Assembly: GCA_050014435.1 (NCBI GenBank)
Contig: JBEKDI010000017.1
Location: forward strand, 1,145 to 65,144
Direction: 5' to 3'
DNA: 64,000 nt
From: Verrucomicrobiota bacterium
Lineage (GTDB): Bacteria; Verrucomicrobiota; Verrucomicrobiia; Limisphaerales; Palsa-1400
Below, one piece after another: positions 8,691 to 19,096 of this stretch (positions are counted from its first letter, which is position 1; every line of letters begins with the position of its first letter). The notes under the pieces were generated by a model. It was not told the origin of the DNA. It ran no database searches and saw only the letters and a program-made list of their open reading frames with translations. Both the position numbers and the translations under genes were made by a program.

Positions 8691-11363
8691 ATGCGGCGAC
8701 AATATCCGTTTCATCTGATCGAGCCAAAATGGCAGCGCTTTTGGGAGGCGCGGCAAACTTTCCGCGCCTGGAACCCCGGCGATGACATCCCGCCGGAACA
8801 TCCGTCCGCCAAACGGCACGGCCTGCGCGGCAACACCCCGGCGGGAAAGCTGCCGCCCAAGTTCTATATTTTGGACATGTTCCCCTACCCCTCCGGCGCG
8901 GGCCTGCACGTGGGCCACCCGGAAGGCTATACCGCCACCGATATCCTGACGCGCTATCGCCGCGCACTCGGTTTCAATGTGCTGCATCCGATGGGCTGGG
9001 ATGCCTTCGGACTCCCGGCCGAACAATATGCCATTCGCACCGGACAGCATCCGAGAAAAACGACGGAAGAGAACATTGGCGTCTTCAAGCGCCAGATAAA
9101 ATCGCTCGGGTTCAGCTATGATTGGAGCCGCGAAATCGACACGACGGACCCGAAGTATTGCAAATGGACGCAGTGGATTTTTCTCAAGCTTTACAATTCC
9201 TGGTTCAACCCCGCGACCAACAAGGCCGAGCCAATCCAGACCCTGCCGGACGAGCGCCGCGACTTTGTTGACGGCAAACGGCTGGCGTACGTGTCCGAAG
9301 CGCCCGTCTGGTGGTGCGAGCAACTCGGCACCGTCCTGGCCAACGAGGAGGTCATCGACGGAAAAAGCGAAGTCGGCGGATTTCCCGTGGTGCGAAAACC
9401 CATGCGGCAATGGATGCTGCGCATCACCGCTTATGCGGATCGATTGCTGGCCGGGTTGGAAAAGATCGATTGGAGCGAATCGCTCAAGGAAATGCAGCGC
9501 AACTGGATCGGGCGCAGCGAGGGTGCCGAGGTGCAATTCCGCCTGGAAGATGGGTCGACGGCCTTCCCGGTCTTCACCACCCGGCCCGACACTTTGTTCG
9601 GAGCCACTTACATGGTGCTTTCGCCCGAACACAAACTGGTTGATGCCATCACCACGCCTGAACAAGAAGCCGCCGTAGCCGCCTACCGGGCGCAAGTCGC
9701 CACCAAGAGCGATCTGGAGCGCACGGAAACAGCCGGGGAAAAAACCGGCGTGTTCACGGGCGCTTTCGCGGTCAACCCGGTCAACCGGGAAAAAATTCCG
9801 ATCTGGATCGCCGATTACGTGCTCGCGAGCTACGGCACGGGAGCCATCATGGCGGTGCCGGGCCACGACGAGCGCGACCTGGAATTCGCCCGCAAGTTCA
9901 ACCTGCCCATCCGCGTAGTCGTGCAGGCCCCTGAACGGCAAGAGTCGCTTGGTTTTACAGGCGACGGCACGAGCGTCGAATCTGATTTCATCACGGGCCT
10001 GCCGACGCCCGAGGCAAAGGCAAAGATCATTCGCTGGCTGGAAGAGCGGAAGCTGGGCCGCAAGACAGTCAATTACAAATTGCGCGACTGGCTCTTCAGC
10101 CGGCAACGCTATTGGGGAGAACCGTTTCCGATTATCTGGAAGCAAGACGCCGCCGGCCATCTTCAACACGAGGCTCTGCCTGAGTCCGCCCTTCCCGTGC
10201 TGCCGCCGGACCTGACCGATTTCAAGCCCACGGCCACGGGCGAACCTCCTTTGGCGCGGGCCAAGGCATGGGTCAACCTGCCCGACGGCTCCCGGCGCGA
10301 AACCAACACCATGCCGCAATGGGCCGGCAGTTGCTGGTATTACCTGCGCTTTACCGACCCGCGGAATGACGGCGCCTTTTGCGGGACTGAACCGGAACAA
10401 TATTGGATGGGCACGGCCGGTCCAGGCTCCACGCCCGGGGTTGATTTATACGTCGGCGGAATCGAGCACGCCGTGCTGCACCTGCTCTATGCCCGGTTCT
10501 GGCATAATGTCCTTTTCGATTTGGGCTATGTGAGCACGCCCGAACCGTTTGCCAAGCTCGTCAACCAGGGGCTGATCCTTGGCCAGGACGGCCAAAAAAT
10601 GTCCAAATCCCGCGGGAACGTCATTAATCCCGACGACATTCAGAACGAATACGGCGCGGACGCTTTCCGCCTCTACGAAATGTTCATGGGTCCTTTGGAA
10701 ATGGTCAAACCGTGGAACACGAAAGGTGTGGAAGGCGTCTATCGTTTTCTGGGGCGGGTCTGGCGGTTGTTCGTCGATGAGCAGAGCGAAACCGAATTCG
10801 AGCAAAACCAGGCGGCAAACGGAACGGAGGAATCCGGGACGCTGGATCAAATCCGGCTGAGCGCGGCCATTCGGGACTGCCCTGCCACTCCTGGCCAGCT
10901 CAAAACGCTCCATGCCTGCATAAAAAAAGTGAGCGAAGATCTCGACCGCTTTGGCTTCAACACCGCCATTTCGGCCTTGATGGTTTTTGTCAACGATGCG
11001 ATTACCTGGGAAACCAAACCCAAATCTGTTTTGCGCGACTTCCTGATTCTGCTGCAACCGTTCGCGCCGCATCTGGCGGAGGAATTGCACGCCAAGCTTT
11101 GCGCCCCGGCGGATCCCGCCGGCACGCTGGCCTACGAAGCGTGGCCGCAATTCGACGAGCAAGTTCTCATCGAAGACACCGTGGAAATACCTGTGCAAGT
11201 CAACGGCAAACTGCGAGACCGGATCATTGTTCCAGCCGATGCCTCCCAGGCCCAGATCGAATCGGCCGCCCTGGCGGGCGAGAAGGTCAAGGCCTTCATG
11301 GGCGGAAAGCCCGTCAAGAAGATCATCGTCATTCCAAAACGCCTGGTCAACATCGTCGTCTGA
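8691..11363 (+). CDS. leuS: Leucine--tRNA ligase
   Basis: HIGH motif 'HVGHPEGY', 'KMSKS', and family-wide similarity ('[14 protein letters not shown]', '[10 protein letters not shown]'). Start placed at ATG 8691 (MRRQYPF). Confidence 0.95.
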   Translation: MRRQYPFHLIEPKWQRFWEARQTFRAWNPGDDIPPEHPSAKRHGLRGNTPAGKLPPKFYILDMFPYPSGAGLHVGHPEGYTATDILTRYRRALGFNVLHPMGWDAFGLPAEQYAIRTGQHPRKTTEENIGVFKRQIKSLGFSYDWSREIDTTDPKYCKWTQWIFLKLYNSWFNPATNKAEPIQTLPDERRDFVDGKRLAYVSEAPVWWCEQLGTVLANEEVIDGKSEVGGFPVVRKPMRQWMLRITAYADRLLAGLEKIDWSESLKEMQRNWIGRSEGAEVQFRLEDGSTAFPVFTTRPDTLFGATYMVLSPEHKLVDAITTPEQEAAVAAYRAQVATKSDLERTETAGEKTGVFTGAFAVNPVNREKIPIWIADYVLASYGTGAIMAVPGHDERDLEFARKFNLPIRVVVQAPERQESLGFTGDGTSVESDFITGLPTPEAKAKIIRWLEERKLGRKTVNYKLRDWLFSRQRYWGEPFPIIWKQDAAGHLQHEALPESALPVLPPDLTDFKPTATGEPPLARAKAWVNLPDGSRRETNTMPQWAGSCWYYLRFTDPRNDGAFCGTEPEQYWMGTAGPGSTPGVDLYVGGIEHAVLHLLYARFWHNVLFDLGYVSTPEPFAKLVNQGLILGQDGQKMSKSRGNVINPDDIQNEYGADAFRLYEMFMGPLEMVKPWNTKGVEGVYRFLGRVWRLFVDEQSETEFEQNQAANGTEESGTLDQIRLSAAIRDCPATPGQLKTLHACIKKVSEDLDRFGFNTAISALMVFVNDAITWETKPKSVLRDFLILLQPFAPHLAEELHAKLCAPADPAGTLAYEAWPQFDEQVLIEDTVEIPVQVNGKLRDRIIVPADASQAQIESAALAGEKVKAFMGGKPVKKIIVIPKRLVNIVV

Positions 11364-11407
11364 TTTCACTTGGAAAATCGACGCGCCGACTGTATATTGG
11401 ATGCAGG

Positions 11408-11539
11408 ATGAGGAATCTGACAAAGCAGGAACAGTTTGTGCTGTGTCTGGTTTTAGCATTATTGCTCACGGGGTGGGCGGTGAAGACGTATCGCGCGGCT
11501 CACGCGGCTGTGATGACCGCCACGCAGCAAAGACCGTAA
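11408..11539 (+). CDS. Possible small single-pass membrane protein (43 aa)
   Basis: ATG 11408 gives MRNLTKQEQFVLCLVLALLLTGWAVKTY..., one hydrophobic helix. It ends 3 nt before the next gene's ATG. No homology recognised. Confidence 0.3.
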   Translation: MRNLTKQEQFVLCLVLALLLTGWAVKTYRAAHAAVMTATQQRP

Positions 11540-11542
11540 AGT

Positions 11543-11977
11543 ATGCAATCGCTTAATTTTGAAGAAGCCATCCGCAAGATTGTGGCGGAGGATGGCCGTT
11601 ATGAGCCTGAGGCCTACACATTTGTGCAGGAAGCGATCTATTACACCCAGAAAGCCCTCGGCCGGCATAAACAGGAACAAAAACACGTCGGCGGCAAGGA
11701 ACTGCTCAAGGGGATCCGCGATTACGCCCTGGACATGTTCGGCCCCATGACCCCCACCGTCTTGTCCGAATGGGGCATCCATTCCTGCGAAGATTTCGGC
11801 GAAATTGTTTTCAACCTGATCCAGCACCATCAGGCCACCCAATCCCAGTCCGACAGTCGTGACGATTTTAAGAACGGTTACGATTTTGATGAAGCCTTCC
11901 GCAAGCCGTTTCTGCCGGCCAAACCGCGGGTTTTGGAAGCGAAACCGTCGCAGCCCCGGATAATCGGCAAAGGGTGA
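11543..11977 (+). CDS. Conserved hypothetical protein (resembles the PVC-restricted Minf_1886-type family as I recall it)
   Basis: Clean 144-aa ORF with good coding look: 'YEPEAYTFVQEAIYYTQKALG...HVGGKELLKGIRDYALDMFG...VLSEWGI..CEDFGEIVFNLI'. The family assignment is from memory only. Confidence 0.6.
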   Translation: MQSLNFEEAIRKIVAEDGRYEPEAYTFVQEAIYYTQKALGRHKQEQKHVGGKELLKGIRDYALDMFGPMTPTVLSEWGIHSCEDFGEIVFNLIQHHQATQSQSDSRDDFKNGYDFDEAFRKPFLPAKPRVLEAKPSQPRIIGKG

Positions 11978-11993
11978 CTCTTCCGGGAATTCG

Positions 11994-14654
11994 ATGATTG
12001 GCGCCAAACAAAAAACGGCACGTCTCGCATCGTCGAGAAAACCCGCCGCCATGCCGGCGCGAAAAAAACAAGACTCCCGGGCCGCCGCTCTTCGCGCTCC
12101 GCAAAGTCCGCTTCCGGGTATCCCGCCGGACGTTCGGCTAGTGACTCTGGAAAACGGCCTGGTGCTCATTATTCGGGAAGACCACAGCGCGCCGGTTGTC
12201 TCAGCGCAGGCCTGGTGCAACACAGGCAGCATCTGCGAGGGAAAATGGCTCGGGGCCGGCTTGTCCCATGTTCTTGAACACATGCTTTTCAAGGGCACCA
12301 CCTCCCGCCCCGGCAGCCGCATCGACCAGGAAGTGCAACAGGCCGGCGGCTACATGAACGCCTACACGTCCTTTGATCGCACGGTCTATCATATCAACGT
12401 CCCCGATACCGGCGCGACCGTCGCCATCGATATCCTGTGTGACATTATGCAGAACGCCAGCCTGCCCGCGGCCGAGTTGGACAAGGAACTGGATGTCATC
12501 CGCCGCGAAATGGACATGAACCAGGACGATCCGGCCCGCCGGGCCGGCCGCAGGCTTTTCGAGGTCGCCTACACCAAAAGTCCCTATCGTTTCACCATTA
12601 TCGGCTATCCGGACATTTTCAACACGCTCAAGCCGGAGGACATTCTTGCTTACTACAAAGAACGGTACGTTCCCAACAACATGTTCTTCATCGTGACAGG
12701 CGACGTTAAGGCGGATGCGGTGGTGAGCCAGATCCGCGGAGCCTTCGCCAAAAGCAAAGCCAGGCCGCTGGCTCCCATGGTGCTGCCGCGCGAACCCAGG
12801 CAAACCGGCCCGCGCGACACCATCGAGGAGGCTTCCATCCAACTGGGCTACTTCCACCTCGCGTGGCACATTCCTGATGTCCGTCATCCCGACATGCCGG
12901 CCCTGGATATCCTGGCCTCGCTTTTGGGCAGCGGGCGCAGCTCGCGCCTCTTTCGTGAGGTGCGCGAGAAGCAGGGGTTGGTTACGTCAGCCGATGCCTG
13001 GACTTATTGCGCCGCCGACCAAGGCTTGTTCGGCATGAGCGCGGTCGTGGATGGGGATAAGTTCGCTCCCTCGCGCGATGCCTTGCTGGCGGAAATCGAG
13101 CGTGTCCAAAACGAACCCGTGCCCGCCGGCGAACTGGCCAAGGTCGTCAAGCAATTTGTCGCCGGCATGCTCGCCACGCGCAAGACGATGCAGGGTCAGG
13201 CGCAGGACCTCGGCTCGAATTGGCTGGCGGCCAATGACTTGAATTTCTCCGAGCGCTACCTGGCTGCGGCCAAGCAAGCCACGCCGGCCATGCTGCAACG
13301 AGTCGCCCGGGAATATTTGACGCCGGCCAATCGCACTCTCTACGCCTTGTTGCCGGAAGGGGCCGCGCCCAAGGCCGCCGCGACGGTCCACGTCTCCGCC
13401 GAGAACGCCGTGCAAAAGATCGTCTTCCCCAACGGCCTCCGCCTCCTGGTCAAGGAGGACCATCGCCTGCCGTTCGTCGAGATGCGCGCCGTCTTTCAAG
13501 GCGGCGTCCTGGCCGAATCGGAAAAGAACAACGGCCTGACCCAGTTGATGTCCAAAATGCTGCTGCAAGGCACCGGCCGGCGCAGCGCGGAACAGATTTC
13601 CACCGAAATAGAATCCGTCGGCGGCAGCATTGAAACGTTCGGCGGCAACAATAGTTTTGGCGTCTCCGCCGAGGTGTTGAGGGAGGACCTGAAAATCGGT
13701 TTCGAGATCTTCGCCGATGTTATGTTGAATCCCTCCTTTCCGGCGGAGGCCTTTGAGCGGGAGCGCCGGATTCAGTTGGAAGTGATCCGCTCGCAACAGG
13801 ATCAGTTGCTTCAACTTTGCAGCCAGGCCATGCGCCGCGGCCTTTTTGGCGGCGCCGGCTACGGTTTGGATCCCTCCGGCACCGAGAAAAGCGTCAAGGC
13901 GCTCCCCTTGTCCGCCTTGGCCGCCTTTTACAAGGCGATGGTTGTCCCAAACAATTGCGTCATGGCCATCTTCGGCGACGTTCAGGCCGCCGCCTTGAAG
14001 GCCATGATGGAAAAGTTTTTTGGCGGCTGGAAGGCGGGCACTCCCATTCTGCCCAAGGGCGCGCAACCTCTTGAGCTGACAAGCATAAAACGCATCACGG
14101 AAACGCGCGACAAGGAACAGGCGGTATTGCTGGCCGGTTTCCCGGGAGTGACCTTGAAGAATGACGATCGTTACGCCCTTGAACTGGTGCAGGAAGGATG
14201 CAGTGATTTGGGTTCCCGCCTTTTTCTGCGCATACGGGAGAAGCTCGGCCTGGCCTATTATGTCGGCGCGCAGAATTTTCTCGGCGTGGTTCCAGGGTAC
14301 TTCGCCTTTTACGCGGGCACGGCGCGCGACAAGCTGCCTCAGGTTGAAGAGGAATTGCTCAAGGAAGTGAAGTTATTGGGCGACGAAGGCTTTACCGAGG
14401 AAGAGTTGAAACGGTCCAAAGCCAAAATTATCGGCCAGAAGAAAATCGCCCGCCAGGATTTGGGCGGTTATTCGATTACGGTGGCGCTGGATGAACTGTA
14501 TGGTTTGGGCCACGACCACATTGATCTGGAGGATGCCCGCTACGAAGCCGTCACCCTGGACGATATCAAGGCGGTCTCCCGAAAATACCTGACTCCCGGT
14601 GCCCTCGTGCTGGCGACAATCAAACCTCCGGACGATTCCAGAGCCGCGGCCTGA
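11994..14654 (+). CDS. M16 (pitrilysin/insulinase) family zinc peptidase, fused double-domain form
   Basis: The N-terminal half carries the HxxEH zinc motif 'HVLEHMLFKGT'. The second half (~aa 470-880) repeats the M16 fold without the motif. The exact start is uncertain. Confidence 0.85.
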   Translation: MIGAKQKTARLASSRKPAAMPARKKQDSRAAALRAPQSPLPGIPPDVRLVTLENGLVLIIREDHSAPVVSAQAWCNTGSICEGKWLGAGLSHVLEHMLFKGTTSRPGSRIDQEVQQAGGYMNAYTSFDRTVYHINVPDTGATVAIDILCDIMQNASLPAAELDKELDVIRREMDMNQDDPARRAGRRLFEVAYTKSPYRFTIIGYPDIFNTLKPEDILAYYKERYVPNNMFFIVTGDVKADAVVSQIRGAFAKSKARPLAPMVLPREPRQTGPRDTIEEASIQLGYFHLAWHIPDVRHPDMPALDILASLLGSGRSSRLFREVREKQGLVTSADAWTYCAADQGLFGMSAVVDGDKFAPSRDALLAEIERVQNEPVPAGELAKVVKQFVAGMLATRKTMQGQAQDLGSNWLAANDLNFSERYLAAAKQATPAMLQRVAREYLTPANRTLYALLPEGAAPKAAATVHVSAENAVQKIVFPNGLRLLVKEDHRLPFVEMRAVFQGGVLAESEKNNGLTQLMSKMLLQGTGRRSAEQISTEIESVGGSIETFGGNNSFGVSAEVLREDLKIGFEIFADVMLNPSFPAEAFERERRIQLEVIRSQQDQLLQLCSQAMRRGLFGGAGYGLDPSGTEKSVKALPLSALAAFYKAMVVPNNCVMAIFGDVQAAALKAMMEKFFGGWKAGTPILPKGAQPLELTSIKRITETRDKEQAVLLAGFPGVTLKNDDRYALELVQEGCSDLGSRLFLRIREKLGLAYYVGAQNFLGVVPGYFAFYAGTARDKLPQVEEELLKEVKLLGDEGFTEEELKRSKAKIIGQKKIARQDLGGYSITVALDELYGLGHDHIDLEDARYEAVTLDDIKAVSRKYLTPGALVLATIKPPDDSRAAA

Positions 14655-14690
14655 TGCATTATGTAGGGTGAAACCCCATGCCCGGCGGGG

Positions 14691-15587
14691 TCAAACATCA
14701 CATATCCGCACGCCCTGCCGCAGCGAGGCGAGGGCATCAGCACGTTTCGGCACGAATTCCTGCGCGACATAGCCATCGAAGCCCGTATCCAGGATCGCCT
14801 GCATGATGCGCGGATAGTGCAATTCCTGCGTTTCATCAATTTCATTCCGGCCCGGCACGCCCCCGGTGTGATAATGGTCGATGCAGGCATGGTTTTCGCG
14901 GATCGTGTCGCACACGTCACCTTCCATGATTTGCATGTGGAAAATGTCATAGAGGAGCTTGAACCGCTCCGAACTGATGCGCTTGACAAGCTCGACGCCC
15001 CACCGGGTGTGATCGCACTGATAATCCTTGTGGTTGCGCTTGCTGTTGAGCAGCTCCATGCAAAGTGTGACCTTGTGCTTCTCGGCCCGGGGCAGGATGC
15101 GCCGCAAGCCAATCGCGCAATTCTCCATCCCTTTCTCATCGTCCAGGCCGGCGCGGTTGCCGGAGAAACAGATCAATCGCTTGAACCCTGCGTCCGCCGT
15201 TTCCTGAATGCGCTGTTCGTAAGCTCGAACGAGCGTGTCGTGATGTTCGAGGCGGTTCCAACCCTTTGGAATGCCGCCCAAGCCGTCGAGTGTCGGGGCA
15301 TTGACCATCGAGCACACCAAATCGTGTTTCTTGACAGTGTCGAATTCGTCCGGATCAAGCAGGTCAATGGCCGCCAGGCCCGTCTCCTTGCCGGACTGGC
15401 AAAGATCGTCCAGTGAAATCTTGGCGTAGCACCAGCGGCAGACGGACTGGTGGATTCGTCCTTTGAGTTTCGTGGAGGTGAAAACTTCCGCAGACGAAGC
15501 GGGCGAAAGCTCCGAGGTGACAGCGATGGCCGCGGCTCCCACCGCGGCTTTGTGGAGGGCGGTTCGGCGGGACATTTTTGCGCGCAT
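14691..15587 (-). CDS. Xylose-isomerase-like TIM-barrel protein (sugar phosphate isomerase/epimerase or hydroxypyruvate isomerase-like) with Tat signal
   Basis: N-terminal 'MSRRTALHKAAVGAAAIAV' is a twin-arginine-type signal. The body resembles the AP-endonuclease-2/xylose-isomerase TIM-barrel family ('LCMELLNSK..HKDYQ', 'HYHTGGVPGRNE'). Confidence 0.75.
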   Translation of the reverse strand: MRAKMSRRTALHKAAVGAAAIAVTSELSPASSAEVFTSTKLKGRIHQSVCRWCYAKISLDDLCQSGKETGLAAIDLLDPDEFDTVKKHDLVCSMVNAPTLDGLGGIPKGWNRLEHHDTLVRAYEQRIQETADAGFKRLICFSGNRAGLDDEKGMENCAIGLRRILPRAEKHKVTLCMELLNSKRNHKDYQCDHTRWGVELVKRISSERFKLLYDIFHMQIMEGDVCDTIRENHACIDHYHTGGVPGRNEIDETQELHYPRIMQAILDTGFDGYVAQEFVPKRADALASLRQGVRICDV

Positions 15588-15753
15588 GAGCCCGATTCTA
15601 ATCGCCGACGGCGGCATTGCAAGACCGCCATAATGGGCCTGACGGCTTCTTCAAAAAAGCCTCAAGTCCCTGAGGCAAATGCCGATACCCAAGCGAGGGT
15701 GTAGCCTCACGACCGGCTATCTTTGGCCGCGGAGCTTGCGCGCTGGAATTATT

Positions 15754-18285
15754 ATGAACATAGAGGCGATCAGTGAGAGTGACTGGGTTTCCGTCATCCG
15801 CGGCACGCGCCCTGTTCAATTTGAGTTTCTGGCGCTCCAACTCTTTCTCGTCAATTTGCGGAACCGGTTGCAGGCCGGGGAAATTTCGATTCAGGATTGC
15901 ATTCATGAACTGAAAGCGTTTTACACGAAATTCAGCCGACTGCCCGTTGCGGAGAAGGATTTCAACAAGATTGCCCGCCCGGAGCAGACCATGACCAGCC
16001 GGCTGATGGACCGCGAAGAAACAGCCCGCCGAATCATTACCGGCCAGAGCCTGATGCTCGCCGGGGAGGAATCATTGCTGACCACACTGCCCCCCGGAAA
16101 CTGGATTGGCGGGACCATCCCTTATTTCATGGCCCGCGACGGAGGCTGCCTGTGCAAGGACAAGATTTTTGTCACTGAAATTCCTGGAGAATTCCAAGCC
16201 TCAACCCACACCTACTCCACAGCCACGCTGCCGGGTGTTTATCACGAAACCGTTGAGGGCACTGTCAGTTTTATCATCCTGCCTGCGTATAGTTCGGCGC
16301 ACACCGAGTTTGCCTTGCACGCGTCGCGCTATGAGGATTTTGCCCTCGACCCGCTGGTGGGCTGGATCGCCGGCATCGATTTGGCGATGGTGGGCAAGAC
16401 CGCCCCAAAAGTGTTTTGCGGCGGTCCGCAGCCGCTGGACGACGCCGCAGCCGTAATGCGCCTGAAGCTGCCCGCCGACCGCCTGGCACAAATCAACATC
16501 ATCAATCTGTTCCAACCGGGTGATGGCGACACGATCTGCTTTCAAGCCACCGGGTTCTCCACCACCATGGCTGTGATCAACGGCCAGGAACAAAACTTTG
16601 CGGAATACCTTCAGCGCATCAATGCTGACACACGCCTGCCTTTGGTGGCCAACTATTCCGGAGCCATGGTCAACGTCAGCCTGAAAAGCACGGACCCTCG
16701 GGATGGGCGCGTTGAATTCTACGCGCCAGTCGTTGCCGGAATCGAATACAAGCTGGCGTCCCCGGTCAAAGATTACGTCTCGGAATTTGAAGCCCGACTC
16801 AAGGAGTTGTCGCCCGGGAATGTGCTATTCTCCTGCAATTGCATCCTCAATTACCTGTATTCCAAGCTCGAAGGCCACCGCACGGGCGCACTGGTCGGCC
16901 CGGCTACCTTTGGCGAGATCGCCTACCAACTGTTAAACCAGACCATGGTCTTCGTCGAGATCGTCAAGGTCGCCTCCCCTGAATCCCGCAAGGCCGGCGC
17001 TGAATTGAGCGCCACCAAAATGGAACTTTCCGCCGCTCACGAGGAGCTTCAAGCCAGCGAACTCCGCTTCCGCGCCTTGTGCGAGTCCGCGCCGATGGGT
17101 ATCTTTTTGACCGATGCTTCCGGACGCATACTCTACGAGAATCTCCGTTGCCATAAACTGTGCGGGGTTTCACCCGAGGAGGCCGGCGCCGGAGGCGACT
17201 GGTTGAAGTGCGTCCATCCACACGATCTGCCCGGCGTGGTTGCCGCCCTCAAAGCCTGCGAACGCGAAAGCCGTGACCTGGACCATGAATTCCGATTCGT
17301 TGGCCCCGACGGCACGACTCGCTGGGTCCGCACGCGCACCAACTTTCTCCGGTCTGAAACCGGCGCAATCATGGGGCGGATCGGGACGGTCGAGGAAATC
17401 AGTGACAGGAAGCAAGCGGAAATCGAACTGGAGCGGCTGAACCAGGACTTGGTCAGGGCCTCCCGCGAAGCCGGCATGGCGGAACTGGCCAGCGGCGTGC
17501 TGCACAATGTCAAAAACGTCATGAACAGCATCAACGTTTCGGCCGGCGTCATTGCCAGTCAATTGAAGCAATCCAAGTCTTCAAGCCTGGGAAAGGTGAC
17601 GGCCTTGTTGCGCGAGCATGCCGGCGACCTCGGCTCATTCATTACCCAGGACCCCAAGGGAAAACTCCTGCCCCAGTATCTGGAACAACTGGCCCTGCAG
17701 CTTGCCAAGGAGCACGAGGCGGTTCTTGGGGAATTGAAGCAGTTCGAAGACAGCGTGCAGCACATCAAAGACATTGTGACGACGCAGCAAAGCTACGCCA
17801 AGCTGGGCGGCACCAGCGAGACGATCAAGCCGACTGACTTGATGGAAGACGCGTTGCGGATCGTTTCCGCCAGCTTGACGCGCCACGGCATCCAACTGGA
17901 GCGCGAATATGCTGCCAACCTGCCTGACATCACCGTCGAGAAACACAAAGTGTTGCAGATCCTGGTCAACTTCATCCGCAACGCCAAAGACGCCTGCCTG
18001 ACCTCCGACCGCTCCGACAAGAAAGTGGCCTTGCGCGCCACCAACGGCGGCGAATTTGTTCATCTGTCCGTAACGGACAACGGCATTGGCATCCCCCCTG
18101 AAAACCAGGGCCGTCTCTTCGACCACGGCTTCACCACCAAGAAAGACGGCCATGGCTTCGGACTGTGCAGCAGCGCCCGCGCCGTGCGCGAATTGGGCGG
18201 AGACATCCAGGTGCAGAGCGACGGCCCCGGCGCCGGAGCCACCTTCTCCCTCAAGCTGCCCCTTTCCTCCCCGACCGCTAATTAA
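15754..18285 (+). CDS. Sensor histidine kinase: FIST-like N-terminal sensor region, PAS domain, HisKA/HATPase core
   Basis: H-box 'GVLHNVKNVMNSI', N-box 'FIRNAKDA', G-boxes 'DNGIGIP' and 'GHGFGL'. The PAS-like segment is 'APMGIFLTDASGRILYEN'. The N-terminal ~430 aa looks FIST-like ('FSCNCILNYLY...GEIAYQLLNQT'). No response regulator is adjacent. Start is uncertain (ATG 15754 chosen). Confidence 0.85.
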   Translation: MNIEAISESDWVSVIRGTRPVQFEFLALQLFLVNLRNRLQAGEISIQDCIHELKAFYTKFSRLPVAEKDFNKIARPEQTMTSRLMDREETARRIITGQSLMLAGEESLLTTLPPGNWIGGTIPYFMARDGGCLCKDKIFVTEIPGEFQASTHTYSTATLPGVYHETVEGTVSFIILPAYSSAHTEFALHASRYEDFALDPLVGWIAGIDLAMVGKTAPKVFCGGPQPLDDAAAVMRLKLPADRLAQINIINLFQPGDGDTICFQATGFSTTMAVINGQEQNFAEYLQRINADTRLPLVANYSGAMVNVSLKSTDPRDGRVEFYAPVVAGIEYKLASPVKDYVSEFEARLKELSPGNVLFSCNCILNYLYSKLEGHRTGALVGPATFGEIAYQLLNQTMVFVEIVKVASPESRKAGAELSATKMELSAAHEELQASELRFRALCESAPMGIFLTDASGRILYENLRCHKLCGVSPEEAGAGGDWLKCVHPHDLPGVVAALKACERESRDLDHEFRFVGPDGTTRWVRTRTNFLRSETGAIMGRIGTVEEISDRKQAEIELERLNQDLVRASREAGMAELASGVLHNVKNVMNSINVSAGVIASQLKQSKSSSLGKVTALLREHAGDLGSFITQDPKGKLLPQYLEQLALQLAKEHEAVLGELKQFEDSVQHIKDIVTTQQSYAKLGGTSETIKPTDLMEDALRIVSASLTRHGIQLEREYAANLPDITVEKHKVLQILVNFIRNAKDACLTSDRSDKKVALRATNGGEFVHLSVTDNGIGIPPENQGRLFDHGFTTKKDGHGFGLCSSARAVRELGGDIQVQSDGPGAGATFSLKLPLSSPTAN

Positions 18286-18320
18286 GCGCCGCGGCGGTAA
18301 TGCGTCAATCAAGGCGGAAT

Positions 18321-18391
18321 CTCATTAACACCTGGCTTCAGCCAGGTGAATTTGCGACGAAGCACGTGCGAAAACTGTTTCAACAGTTTCC
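18321..18391 (+). repeat. Dispersed two-hairpin intergenic repeat, single copy; also a likely terminator for the kinase gene
   Basis: 'ctcattaaCACCTGGCttcaGCCAGGTG' lies 36 nt after the kinase stop. 'GAAAACTGTTtcaAACAGTTTCC' follows at 18370-18391. The same two modules occur at 44925-45078. Confidence 0.7.
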
Positions 18392-19096
18392 CTTTTCCCG
18401 CCATCACTGACCCATTACCGGCGACACGCGAGCTGTGCTTGCCGGATACGGAGTAAAGCGCTAGATTACTTTCATGAGTAAAGTCTAGATATAAGCAGCA
18501 AATAAAACCATCCTGGGATGCTGGAACTTGAGATGGCGCATAGCTCCCTAACTATTAATATACGAACAGCAGTTCGTATATTGAAACCGGTCTTCTGACC
18601 GAATCCGAAATTCGCAAGTTACTCATAATCAACAGGCTTTGAAAATACAGCCGCTGGCACGTCTACTGAAGCACAAAATTCCAGTCCTTCGGGCAGTGCC
18701 CGTCTGCTCCATCTGCATTTTCAGACCGGCGCAAACATCATGCGGCCAATATGGCCAATTCGCGGCGAAAATCGAGCGTTTCGAAATGCCGTCAGTTCCT
18801 TGCGTGTCAACATTTGGCTGCCTCGGCCTCATGGAAACATCTGCCTGACCACTCGCTCAATTCCCGGCTTTCTTGAGTTCTGTTCGTGTATTCCGCGTGG
18901 TTTGTGGTTAAAAATCCTCCCCCAGCCCTTCCCCATTAGACCACATTCCCCGCCCTGTCGCCCCGGTCCACGCCCGATTACAAAATTAGTCTAAATTAAT
19001 TGTTGCTTCGAATAATATCTATGATATTGTTGTATCCATAGTATGGTTTAAATATGACCATGATGAAAAACTGAAACCTAAATCAACCCAAAAACT

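Noticed and set aside
8322-10400. 692-aa ORF antisense to leuS. Similar long antisense ORFs: 23935..25602 (vs pyrG), 42894..44567 (vs lepA), 52132..53862 (vs the AAA ATPase), 37627..39372, 20518..21786, 12987..14066, 36303..36893, 41495..42577
   Set aside because: Each lies opposite a gene with unmistakable family motifs. Their translations are Arg/Gly/Ala/His-rich with no recognisable domains, as expected for stop-poor antisense frames in GC-rich DNA.
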